The position numbers and the translations under genes were made by a program. Below, piece after piece: positions 8,732 through 16,869 of a stretch of 64,000 nt of DNA. The stretch covers positions 67,801-131,800 of the forward strand of contig JACROC010000002.1 of the NCBI GenBank assembly GCA_016214655.1, read 5' to 3'. Below the pieces are notes generated by a model. That model was not told the DNA's origin. It saw nothing but the letters and a program-made list of their open reading frames with translations, and searched no databases. This stretch comes from Candidatus Harrisonbacteria bacterium. Its GTDB lineage: Bacteria > Patescibacteriota > Minisyncoccia > UBA6257 > 02-FULL-45-10c. Every line of letters begins with the position of its first letter. Within the stretch, counting starts at the first letter, position 1.

Positions 8732-8783
8732 ATCCTGTTAGAGGCCGCGAGAGCTCACAGCGAGCTTCTGCCTCTAACGGGAT
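8732..8783. repeat. REP-like palindrome in the pncA leader
   Basis: ATCCTGTTAGAGGC...GCCTCTAACGGGAT with an inner GAGCTC/GAGCTT stem. Confidence 0.65.
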
Positions 8784-8795
8784 CAACCTTACTAA

Positions 8796-8814
8796 TAGTG
8801 TATCATGGACACTA
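8796..8814. promoter_or_regulatory. Putative NrtR operator upstream of pncA-pncB
   Basis: TAGTGT-ATCATGG-ACACTA, overlapping the spacer and -10 of a minus-strand TTGACT promoter (-35 at 8821-8826). Confidence 0.8.
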
Positions 8815-8932
8815 ACAAATAGTCAATACAAAAAGCCTTTGCTAAATTAGTGGCGCTTTAACGCGTTAAAGCGCCGAACAAGTAAAACTAAAATTAAAAT
8901 TGAAAAAACCCGCGGTCAGCGGGTCTATCAAC

Positions 8933-9862
8933 CTATTCCAGTTTCTTTTCTAATTTCTCTCCTAGCTGAATCAAGTAATCTCTGCCACATGGTCCGTTCT
9001 CCAGATCTCTTAGTAGAAATTCCGGAAACGAATCAAGTCCGCACTGGATTGCTTTTAAGCCAGTCGCAAGTGCGGCAACGCTATCTGTATCCCCGCCGAG
9101 CAAAACTGATTCTTTAAGCACGCTTACGGTGTCAGGATATTTTGTAACCAGATACAACACCGCTCCCGCAGTCCGCATACCATCGCAAGGAACGCCGTAA
9201 TCTTTATCTGCTTCTCCAAAAAGTAAGACTGGATCAAATTCTTTCATATCCCCGATTGCCGTCCAATACTCGGTAGATTCCGGATCAATAGCCAAACTTA
9301 GTTCCAAACAATAATTAAACAATTTATCAATCGGTCCGACATCGTGCAAAAAATAATGCGATGCAAGCGCCATGCAAACCGAAGACGCTTTTCCTTTAAG
9401 CGTATCGTGCGTAACTGAGGCATTTGTCATTGCGGCTTCAATCACTAATCTTGCATTCTTCAGAAGGCCTAATGGCGTTGCGCGCATTGCCGCGCCATTC
9501 CGGATAGAATTAGTCTTAAGCTTCGCAATCAATCCTTTCCCATCCGACACCTCCGGCAGCGTAATTCGCAATCCCTTGCCATAACCATTCCGTTCATCGC
9601 GCTTATAAGTTTTTACAAAATAATCAGCGAAGTTTTCTTTGGTCAACAGCTTTCCGGACAAAAGCAATTCCGCAATCGCAATGGACATCTGCGTATCATC
9701 AGTATATTCTCCGGCTCCGTTTCCCCATTCTTCTTTCGGATTCCTCTGATATTTAGTAAAATCAAAAACCCTAGGAATTTCATATCTGGTCATAGTCTCA
9801 TAGCGGATCCCGAATGCATCGCCCACCGCAAGTCCCAATAAAAGATTTTGTATCTTATTCAT
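8933..9862 (-). CDS. ADP-ribosylglycohydrolase (DraG/ARH family)
   Basis: GLAVGDAFG, YTDDTQM, NGAAMRA, TH and GGDTDS motifs. Confidence 0.92.
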   Translation of the reverse strand: MNKIQNLLLGLAVGDAFGIRYETMTRYEIPRVFDFTKYQRNPKEEWGNGAGEYTDDTQMSIAIAELLLSGKLLTKENFADYFVKTYKRDERNGYGKGLRITLPEVSDGKGLIAKLKTNSIRNGAAMRATPLGLLKNARLVIEAAMTNASVTHDTLKGKASSVCMALASHYFLHDVGPIDKLFNYCLELSLAIDPESTEYWTAIGDMKEFDPVLLFGEADKDYGVPCDGMRTAGAVLYLVTKYPDTVSVLKESVLLGGDTDSVAALATGLKAIQCGLDSFPEFLLRDLENGPCGRDYLIQLGEKLEKKLE

Positions 9863-11033
9863 CGCCTTTCTCTGTTAAAACCGAAAGAATCTTGCCAATA
9901 TTACTCCAATCAAGGAGTCTCTCCGACAAAATTTCCTTCACGGTTTTTACTTCAATATAAGTACGTTCGCCAGTGGGATTATCTAAATCCGCCCCATGCA
10001 CAACGCCCCTTTGACTGATAAACCATTGCATTTCCTTTTCGGTAAGCTCTACGGAAAAAAGATGCGCCTTATGCGCGGTAAAAGTTCCGGCTAACTGACG
10101 CGCGCCATGAGCTTGAAAACGCTTCGGCTCACATTTGAAGCCAGTTTCTTCATAAACCTCTTCCGCAGCAACCGAATACGGGTCGCTGTTGGGCTTAGCC
10201 GGAGATCCGCCCGGCAACTCCCAAATATAGCAGTCCGGAGTGGAGGCGGGCGTCCTAAATTCCCTAACCAATATTACTCGAGACTGTAAAATATCCAACG
10301 CTCGCGTATAAAGAATTACCGTGGCAATATCTGGCCGAGAAATCAAAATCTCGTTGGTTTTATTTCTGTTTTCACTGGCAATATGGATATTCAGGTGCAT
10401 GGCAAAGCTAAAAATGTGTTCCCGGTTTTTCCCAACTCGATGAATCCATTTCAAAACCGCGCCATCAATTCGATTCCCGACTCTCTTCTGCGCTCTATAC
10501 CACAATTGAAAAGTTCCAGTCCGCCAAATCCGAAGCGGCACGTCCCGTTCCCCGCCAACTCGCATCGCTCCTGGATTAAGCAGGTCTAAACACTTTTCAA
10601 TCGTTTCCTGCAGAGTATGTAAAATCGGAATATCATTTTTCTCGGCAACCAGATCAAGATATTTAATCTTTTCCGCTTCCGGCGGATATCCTAAAACCGA
10701 TTTGCCCAAATGAACATAAAGCCCGAATTCCACATTCGTCGTAAAGCCTGGCAGCATTTCCAAGTTGCGCGGCACCCAGAAAAGAATGCAATCGGCGGCA
10801 TTCAGTGCCTTATGTTCCCATTCAACTTGCTCCCGATAATTAAAATTCTCATAAATTCCGCCGCCACGATCTTCCGGCACAAATACCACCCCGTCATAGC
10901 CGAAGGTTTTTAAGATGCGCAACGCCTCAGAGCGCCAAGATTTAACTTCCGCTTTCTGCGGAGTCGGCCCGGCAAGGAAAATAGATTTCTTCCAAGCCAG
11001 CGGAAACGTTTCACGGCTATAGACCACTTCCAT
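9855..11033 (-). CDS. Nucleoside 2-deoxyribosyltransferase-like domain fused to a Nudix hydrolase
   Basis: N-terminal SIFLAGPTP...QVEWE...ADCILFWVPR...TTNVEFG (NDT-like). C-terminal LVREFR...WELPGG...AAEEVYEETG (Nudix box). Confidence 0.85.
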   Translation of the reverse strand: MEVVYSRETFPLAWKKSIFLAGPTPQKAEVKSWRSEALRILKTFGYDGVVFVPEDRGGGIYENFNYREQVEWEHKALNAADCILFWVPRNLEMLPGFTTNVEFGLYVHLGKSVLGYPPEAEKIKYLDLVAEKNDIPILHTLQETIEKCLDLLNPGAMRVGGERDVPLRIWRTGTFQLWYRAQKRVGNRIDGAVLKWIHRVGKNREHIFSFAMHLNIHIASENRNKTNEILISRPDIATVILYTRALDILQSRVILVREFRTPASTPDCYIWELPGGSPAKPNSDPYSVAAEEVYEETGFKCEPKRFQAHGARQLAGTFTAHKAHLFSVELTEKEMQWFISQRGVVHGADLDNPTGERTYIEVKTVKEILSERLLDWSNIGKILSVLTEKGDE

Positions 11034-11052
11034 ATTTTCACCTATTAAATGT

Positions 11053-11071
11053 TAGTGTACTAATTACACTT
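11053..11071. promoter_or_regulatory. Putative NrtR operator between the NDT-Nudix and methyltransferase genes
   Basis: TAGTGT-ACTAATT-ACACTT in an 84-bp divergent intergenic region, downstream of a minus-strand TTGACA at 11091-11096. Confidence 0.75.
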
Positions 11072-11117
11072 TATTTTGATATTAGAATTCTGTCAATAAC
11101 ATTGATAGACTGACTGT

Positions 11118-12068
11118 ATGGAAAAAGAATTAGCCCGCGGCAGAAAATTCCGCATTTATAGCTCTTTAATGGATGCGGCAATTGAGCAAAAAATAAAAGA
11201 TGTTATACCATGGGTCAAACCAGGAATAATCGTGGATGCCGGCTTTGGAACCGGCCTGCTCCTTTTCCGATTATGGGAAAGATTCAGGGATTCTAAGCTT
11301 ATCGGCATCGATCTCTCTTCGCATTTTTTTGAAAAATCCCAAAGGCAATTCCATAACATCCCCAATGTTACGCTGCTCAAGAAAAACATCATTCAGCAGA
11401 ATCTTCCAAATAATTCAGTGGATACTAAAATCTTTTCCACTATTCTCCATGAGGTATATTCTTACAATGGCTGTAATTTAAAATTTGTAAAGACTGCGCT
11501 CAAGAATTCCCTAAAAGAATTAAAACCAAGCGGCCGCATTATCATCCGCGATGGCGTAAAACCAGAATCAGAAACTATCTGCCTATCATTTAAAAATGGT
11601 GATGACACAGAAACAATGTTTCTGCGCTTTGCCAAAGAATATAAACATAATAAAGGAATAAAATATAAAGTTCTAATAGACAAGTGGCTAGGCAAATTAT
11701 ATTGTACCGACTCTTCTTCGGCTTACGAGTTTCTTTCTAAAAAAGACTACCGCGATAACTGGCATATTGAAGTAAACGAGCAATTTGGATATTTAACTCT
11801 TAAAAAATATATGAAACTACTGCAAAAACTTGGCTTCAAAATAATTTATACAAAGGCTTATCTAAATCCCTGGATCCTAAAGAACCGCTGGCTTGGTAAA
11901 GTAAAACTTTATCGAAGGACAAGGCACGAATTAAAAACCATTCCTTATCCAAATACAAATTTAGTAATTATTGCGGAAAAACAAAAACCCCCGAAGGGGT
12001 TTAATTGGCAAAACATTGCCGGGCATCCTGATTCAAAAATTTCCATAATCGGCGGCAGAATTCTCTGA
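11118..12068 (+). CDS. Class I SAM-dependent methyltransferase
   Basis: IVDAGFGTG, GIDLS, STILHEVYSY and LKPSGRIIIRDG motifs. Confidence 0.85.
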   Translation: MEKELARGRKFRIYSSLMDAAIEQKIKDVIPWVKPGIIVDAGFGTGLLLFRLWERFRDSKLIGIDLSSHFFEKSQRQFHNIPNVTLLKKNIIQQNLPNNSVDTKIFSTILHEVYSYNGCNLKFVKTALKNSLKELKPSGRIIIRDGVKPESETICLSFKNGDDTETMFLRFAKEYKHNKGIKYKVLIDKWLGKLYCTDSSSAYEFLSKKDYRDNWHIEVNEQFGYLTLKKYMKLLQKLGFKIIYTKAYLNPWILKNRWLGKVKLYRRTRHELKTIPYPNTNLVIIAEKQKPPKGFNWQNIAGHPDSKISIIGGRIL

Positions 12069-13248
12069 AGCGTTCCCAATGGGAAGGCCTGTATCCTTTT
12101 TCCGTATAATAATATCTTCCTCCTAAAACGGCTTTACCGGAAGCAGAGTCCAGGCAAGTATCATTAGAGTAAATATGAGTTTCCATAGAAGTATCAACTG
12201 CAATATGGGCTTGTTTTAAAATCTGGCGGATCGCCTTTTGCATCAAAATCCGATAACGCTGGTTACCATAAAGTTTTTCAATAGCAGCTGCCGGCTTCTT
12301 CCGCCTTAACGTAAGACCTGCCCGGATAATCATCCTGGAGACAAATTTATCGCCCTGCATCACATAAGCAATCACTGCGGAATTGGCAATATCTTCATAA
12401 AGCCCCTTACGATAATCGCCACCCTCCAAATTCACACAGCTATCCCAAGGTTTTTCGGTTGAGGCCTGCAGAATATCCAGCGACTCATTAGAAATTACTA
12501 AATCTATCACATGCTCTTCGGAACGGCCGAAAAAAGAAAGGATCGGATTCCGCGGATGCACCCCTAACCGCATCAAAACTTTAGTAATCTTCCTTGAATC
12601 AGCAATGATCTCATCCGGCGAAATTGGTGAGTTGAACATCTCTAATAATAAACCGATCTTTTCTTTCAAAGCTGCTGAATCGGTGGTCGCATTGACAACA
12701 TACCTGCCAGCCACTTTATCAAGAAAATTATTCCTTACGGATCTTTTTTCTAACGCATCCGCCAAAAGCTGTTCGTCCACCAAACGCCGCAATGCTTCTG
12801 GTTCCGGCAAGTCAGTCTTATGGCTTGCTTTTGCTAAATCGGAAAAACCGAATTCAAAAATATCCGGAGCATTCCAGGTATTTAAAAACTTTTTCTGCCG
12901 CTCCTCCTTAGCGCCAGACCGCGAAAGATTTAAGTCAAATAGCTGGGCATGGCCTCGCCATAAATAAACCTCTCCGAAATTTCTTTTAAGATATTCTTCA
13001 ATACTTCCGCTCTTGGCAATCTCTTCTAACACCTGGCCAAGCCTCGGAAAGTAGCGCAATAATAATTTCCGTAATTTTTGCCCTTGATAGATTTGCAGCG
13101 AATATTTATCTAAAGATTCTCCGAAAGAAACTAATTCTGAAAGAGAAGAATCCTCGCGACAAGTCGCATGAATTTTAACTGATAACGACCCGTTTCTGGC
13201 AGCCTTTTCCGCACTATGCAAGGATTCTGGAAATTGCCGGTCTCCCAC
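12001..13248 (-). CDS. Hypothetical protein
   Basis: 415-aa ORF with its own promoter-like TTGACT and an SD. Contains a 'PWDSCVNLEGGDY...SRMIIR...EKLYG' motif set. No confident family. Confidence 0.7.
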   Translation of the reverse strand: MGDRQFPESLHSAEKAARNGSLSVKIHATCREDSSLSELVSFGESLDKYSLQIYQGQKLRKLLLRYFPRLGQVLEEIAKSGSIEEYLKRNFGEVYLWRGHAQLFDLNLSRSGAKEERQKKFLNTWNAPDIFEFGFSDLAKASHKTDLPEPEALRRLVDEQLLADALEKRSVRNNFLDKVAGRYVVNATTDSAALKEKIGLLLEMFNSPISPDEIIADSRKITKVLMRLGVHPRNPILSFFGRSEEHVIDLVISNESLDILQASTEKPWDSCVNLEGGDYRKGLYEDIANSAVIAYVMQGDKFVSRMIIRAGLTLRRKKPAAAIEKLYGNQRYRILMQKAIRQILKQAHIAVDTSMETHIYSNDTCLDSASGKAVLGGRYYYTEKGYRPSHWERFREFCRRLWKFLNQDARQCFAN

Positions 13249-13331
13249 TTGATCCTCCGTTTACTCATATTTAGTTTTGAGTGACTGATGATATTTTAAC
13301 AGAAAAATAATAAAAAGTCAAAGAGCTATTA

Positions 13332-13997
13332 TTAAAAGAATTTCTTCAATTCTGTCGGCTTGGTAGTAATGAACTGATAAAGCTTCGCTGGGCGCTGAGG
13401 CGTGCCGGAAAGCATTTTACGGGTAGATCGCATTAATCCAAGAGATAAAAATTTCTTACGGAAATTCCGCTTATCCAATTTTTTATCCAAAATTATCTCA
13501 TAAGCGCTCTGAAGCTGATTGAGGGTAAAATATTTCGGCAATAAAGAAAATACCACATTAGTATATCCCAGCTTCGCCTGCAGCCGCTTGACGGCATAGC
13601 TGATTATATTTTTATGATCAAAAGCAACCGCCGGAAGCTTCTTTACCGGATGAAACGCCGGGGTTTGCAAATCGCCGCTTCCTTCAAACCCGATTTTATC
13701 CCGCGGCACAAGCGCAAAATAAGCAACAGTCAGCACGTGGCCGCGCGGATCGCGTCCCAAACTGTCAAAAGTATAAAGCTGTTCCGCATAAACATTTCTA
13801 ACTCCGGCTTTTTCCTTTAAAATCCTGAGCGCGCCTTGCTCTGAAGTTTCATTCCTTAAAAGAAAACCTCCTGGCAAGGCCCAGGATCCTTTGAATGGCT
13901 GGTCAGCTCTTTTAATTAATAAAACCTTTAATTGGCCGTCTTCTATAGTAAAAATGACGGTATCTACGGTAACTGCTGGCGGTGTGTATAATTTCAT
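13332..13997 (-). CDS. nrtR: NrtR-family Nudix-wHTH transcriptional regulator
   Basis: VTVDTVIF, WALPGGF, EQLYTF, RDPRG, AFDH and LDKRNFRKK...RPAKLY motifs. ATGA overlap with the nadE stop. Confidence 0.92.
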   Translation of the reverse strand: MKLYTPPAVTVDTVIFTIEDGQLKVLLIKRADQPFKGSWALPGGFLLRNETSEQGALRILKEKAGVRNVYAEQLYTFDSLGRDPRGHVLTVAYFALVPRDKIGFEGSGDLQTPAFHPVKKLPAVAFDHKNIISYAVKRLQAKLGYTNVVFSLLPKYFTLNQLQSAYEIILDKKLDKRNFRKKFLSLGLMRSTRKMLSGTPQRPAKLYQFITTKPTELKKFF

Positions 13998-15934
13998 AAT
14001 TCTTTTAGCCAAAGATTTACTTCTGCGTCAGATGGCATGCGCCAATCACCGCGAGGTGATAATGCGACCGATCCGACTTTCGGCCCATCCGGCATAACCG
14101 ACCGCTTCCACTGATTGCGGAAGAACCGGGTCACAAAAACCTTCAGCCATTTATGGATCGTCTCCGGCTTGTATTTCTTATCAAAAGCGTTTTCCGCCAA
14201 AAAAAGGATCTTTCTAGGACTGCTTCCCCACCGCAAAAAATGATACAAGAAGAAATCATGAAGTTCGTAGGGACCAACCAAATCCTCAGTTTTTTGCGTA
14301 ATGCCCTTTTTACCGCTACGCACCAACTCCGGAGAAATCGGCGTCGCTAAAATATCTCTTAATACTTTCTTCGCTTTTACAAAATCTCCCTGCTCACTTA
14401 CCCATTCCACCAGATATTTAACTAATAATTTGGGGATACTCGCATTAACGTTATAATGGGAAATCTGATCGCCGGTAAATGTATTCCAGCCAAGCGCAAT
14501 CTCCGAAAGATCGCCCGTACCCACCACGATCCCGCCAAGTTGATTGGCTTTATCCATCAGCGTCAACGTCCGATAACGCGCCTGCACGTTCTCAAAAGTA
14601 AGGTCCTGAGTTTTAGTATCGTGGCTGATGTCTTTTAATTGCTGCAGCGCGCCTTTAGTAATATCAATTGTTTCAATACTCACTCCAAGCGCTTCTGCTA
14701 ATTTCAGCGCATTGGATTTTGTCCTTTTAGTTGTCGCGAATCCCGGAAGCGTATATGTATGAATATTTTTTAGCGGCAATCCTAAAAGGCCGGCGGTTTT
14801 TACCGCGACCAAAAGAGCCAGAGTTGAATCCAGGCCGCCAGAAACACCGATCACCAGATTCTTTATCCCCGCCTGCTCCAAACGCTTCACCAGCCCCGCA
14901 GATTGGATCGCAAATATTTCTTCCGCCCGCTTGCTGCGCTCAGCCGGATCCTGCGGCACAAAAGACCACGGATTCACGTGCCTATCAAACGTACGCACAG
15001 CCAAAATTGGAAGCGGCACATCTGCAAAACGGAAATTTTTTCTGGCAGATTCATGAATTGATTCTCCGAAACTCGTCTGGCGTTCGCGATCCAATGAAAG
15101 ATGCTCCAGATCTATATCGGAAAAAATAAGATCACTAGTCCGGGAAAACCGCTGGTTTTCAGAAAGTATATTGCCATTTTCCGCAATCAGCGCATGCCCG
15201 CCAAACACCACATCAGTCGTGGATTCATGAACGCCGCATGAAGAATAAATATAACCGCACACCCCGCGCGCAGATTGCTGGGCAATAAGGTTCTTGCGGT
15301 AATCTGCCTTCCCCACTAAATCATTAGAGGCGGAAAGGTTGGCAATAATCGTCGCGCCAGCCACTACCTGAAACGAACTCGGCGGAATCGGCACCCAGAG
15401 ATCTTCGCAAATCTCTAAGCCCAGAACCGCTTCCGGCATATTCTTAAATCGGAAAAGAAGGTCTGTCCCGACAGGAACGCTTTTACCGTCAATCAGCGTT
15501 TCTTTCGCAATTAAATCGCGAGCGGACGCAAACCACCGCTCCTCATAAAATTCTTTGTATCCTGGAATATATGTCTTCGGAACCAGCCCTAAAATTTCGC
15601 CGCGACTCACCACTGCGCCAATATTAAAAATTTTTCCGTCCAAACTAAATGGCAATCCGGCAACTAAAACGGCATTTAAATTCCTAGAAGCCTTTTTAAT
15701 GGCAATCAAGGCCTCTTTAGCTTTTTTTAATAAATTCCGCTGATGGAATAGATCGGCGCAGGTATAACCGGTTAGACCAAGTTCCGGGAAAACTGCAACC
15801 GAAGCGCCGAGTTTTGCGGCTTTTTCCGCCAAAGTTAAGGTCTGCTTAAGATTATAATCAACGTCTCCCACTTTAAGGGTTGGTACGGCTGCCGCTACTT
15901 TTATAAAGCCAAATTGATTTAATTTACCGGCCAT
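13994..15934 (-). CDS. nadE: Glutamine-dependent NAD+ synthetase
   Basis: Nitrilase domain (FPELGLTGY, PKTY, EICEDLW) plus synthetase domain (GVSGGLDST, ENVQAR, GTGDLSE, QWKRS, SPRGDWRMPSD). Confidence 0.96.
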   Translation of the reverse strand: MAGKLNQFGFIKVAAAVPTLKVGDVDYNLKQTLTLAEKAAKLGASVAVFPELGLTGYTCADLFHQRNLLKKAKEALIAIKKASRNLNAVLVAGLPFSLDGKIFNIGAVVSRGEILGLVPKTYIPGYKEFYEERWFASARDLIAKETLIDGKSVPVGTDLLFRFKNMPEAVLGLEICEDLWVPIPPSSFQVVAGATIIANLSASNDLVGKADYRKNLIAQQSARGVCGYIYSSCGVHESTTDVVFGGHALIAENGNILSENQRFSRTSDLIFSDIDLEHLSLDRERQTSFGESIHESARKNFRFADVPLPILAVRTFDRHVNPWSFVPQDPAERSKRAEEIFAIQSAGLVKRLEQAGIKNLVIGVSGGLDSTLALLVAVKTAGLLGLPLKNIHTYTLPGFATTKRTKSNALKLAEALGVSIETIDITKGALQQLKDISHDTKTQDLTFENVQARYRTLTLMDKANQLGGIVVGTGDLSEIALGWNTFTGDQISHYNVNASIPKLLVKYLVEWVSEQGDFVKAKKVLRDILATPISPELVRSGKKGITQKTEDLVGPYELHDFFLYHFLRWGSSPRKILFLAENAFDKKYKPETIHKWLKVFVTRFFRNQWKRSVMPDGPKVGSVALSPRGDWRMPSDAEVNLWLKEL

Positions 15935-15942
15935 GATAATAT

Positions 15943-15965
15943 AATAGTGTCACTTTTACACTATT
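15943..15965. promoter_or_regulatory. Putative NrtR operator between divergent nadE-nrtR and nadK
   Basis: Perfect AATAGTGT-CACTTTT-ACACTATT palindrome in a 41-bp intergenic region. Confidence 0.85.
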
Positions 15966-15975
15966 CTAACCTAAT

Positions 15976-16821
15976 ATGATTAACCCGTCAATAAAGTCGG
16001 TTGGTTTCTTTTATCGGCCGGGTAATCCAAAGATAGCGGCCTGGGAAAAGAAAATCTGTGCCTGGCTTAAACAAAAATATCCGCAAGTTAAACTAACCGA
16101 GAAAAAGCCGCAGGCTCTGATTGTGCTTGGCGGCGATGGAACTATCTTGGAAGCCGCCCGGCGATATCTTTCACAAAATCCGCTGGTGGTAGGATTAAAT
16201 TTAGGCCACATCGGTTTTTTGGCATCAGTCCGCAAGCCGAAGGATTTCCTATCCGGACTAAATTTATTAATAAAAGGAAAATACCGCATTACCGAAAGAA
16301 TGATGCTGGCTGCCGAAGTTAAAAGAAAAAATAAAATAATCTTAAAAACCTATTCCTTAAACGATATTGCAGTGCAAAGTCTGCTGGGGGTAGCGGAGAT
16401 GGAAGTCGGCATTGACCATCAGCCGGTCCAATACATCCGCGGCACGGGCGTTCTAGTGGCCACCGCTACCGGCTCAACCGCCTATAATCTTTCGGCACAC
16501 GGACCGATTGTAATGCCAGACATCAAATGCTTTATTGTAACTGAACTAATGGATCATAACGTACCCACCCCAAGCATCGTGGTAAAAAGAAACCGGGAGA
16601 TTTATATAAAAATTTCCGACTTCCGGGAACGCGGCGTTCTTTCGATTACCAAAACCGGAGAAAAAGTTGATGTCATCCTTTCTTCCGACTGTGAGAGTGC
16701 TTTTCCGATAAAAATCGGTGATGAAATCACTATCCGCCGCTCCCCCCGCCTGGTCCGCTTTGCCGAATTCGAACCGCATTATTTCTTCAGAAGCCTGCAG
16801 GAAAAATTCGCTTTTCGATAA
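15976..16821 (+). CDS. nadK: NAD kinase
   Basis: LGGDGTIL, GLNLGHIGFL, LND and ATATGSTAYNLSAHGP motifs. Confidence 0.93.
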   Translation: MINPSIKSVGFFYRPGNPKIAAWEKKICAWLKQKYPQVKLTEKKPQALIVLGGDGTILEAARRYLSQNPLVVGLNLGHIGFLASVRKPKDFLSGLNLLIKGKYRITERMMLAAEVKRKNKIILKTYSLNDIAVQSLLGVAEMEVGIDHQPVQYIRGTGVLVATATGSTAYNLSAHGPIVMPDIKCFIVTELMDHNVPTPSIVVKRNREIYIKISDFRERGVLSITKTGEKVDVILSSDCESAFPIKIGDEITIRRSPRLVRFAEFEPHYFFRSLQEKFAFR

Positions 16822-16824
16822 ACA

Positions 16825-16868
16825 AAAAGGCTCTCTTTCGAGAGCCTTCAATTTTTGAAAAAGAACTA
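16825..16868. terminator. Intrinsic terminator, copy A of an imperfect ~45-bp direct repeat
   Basis: AAGGCTCTC-TTTC-GAGAGCCTT followed by AATTTTTGAAAAAGAAC. Near-identical to 20804-20850. Confidence 0.7.
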
Positions 16869-16869
16869 A

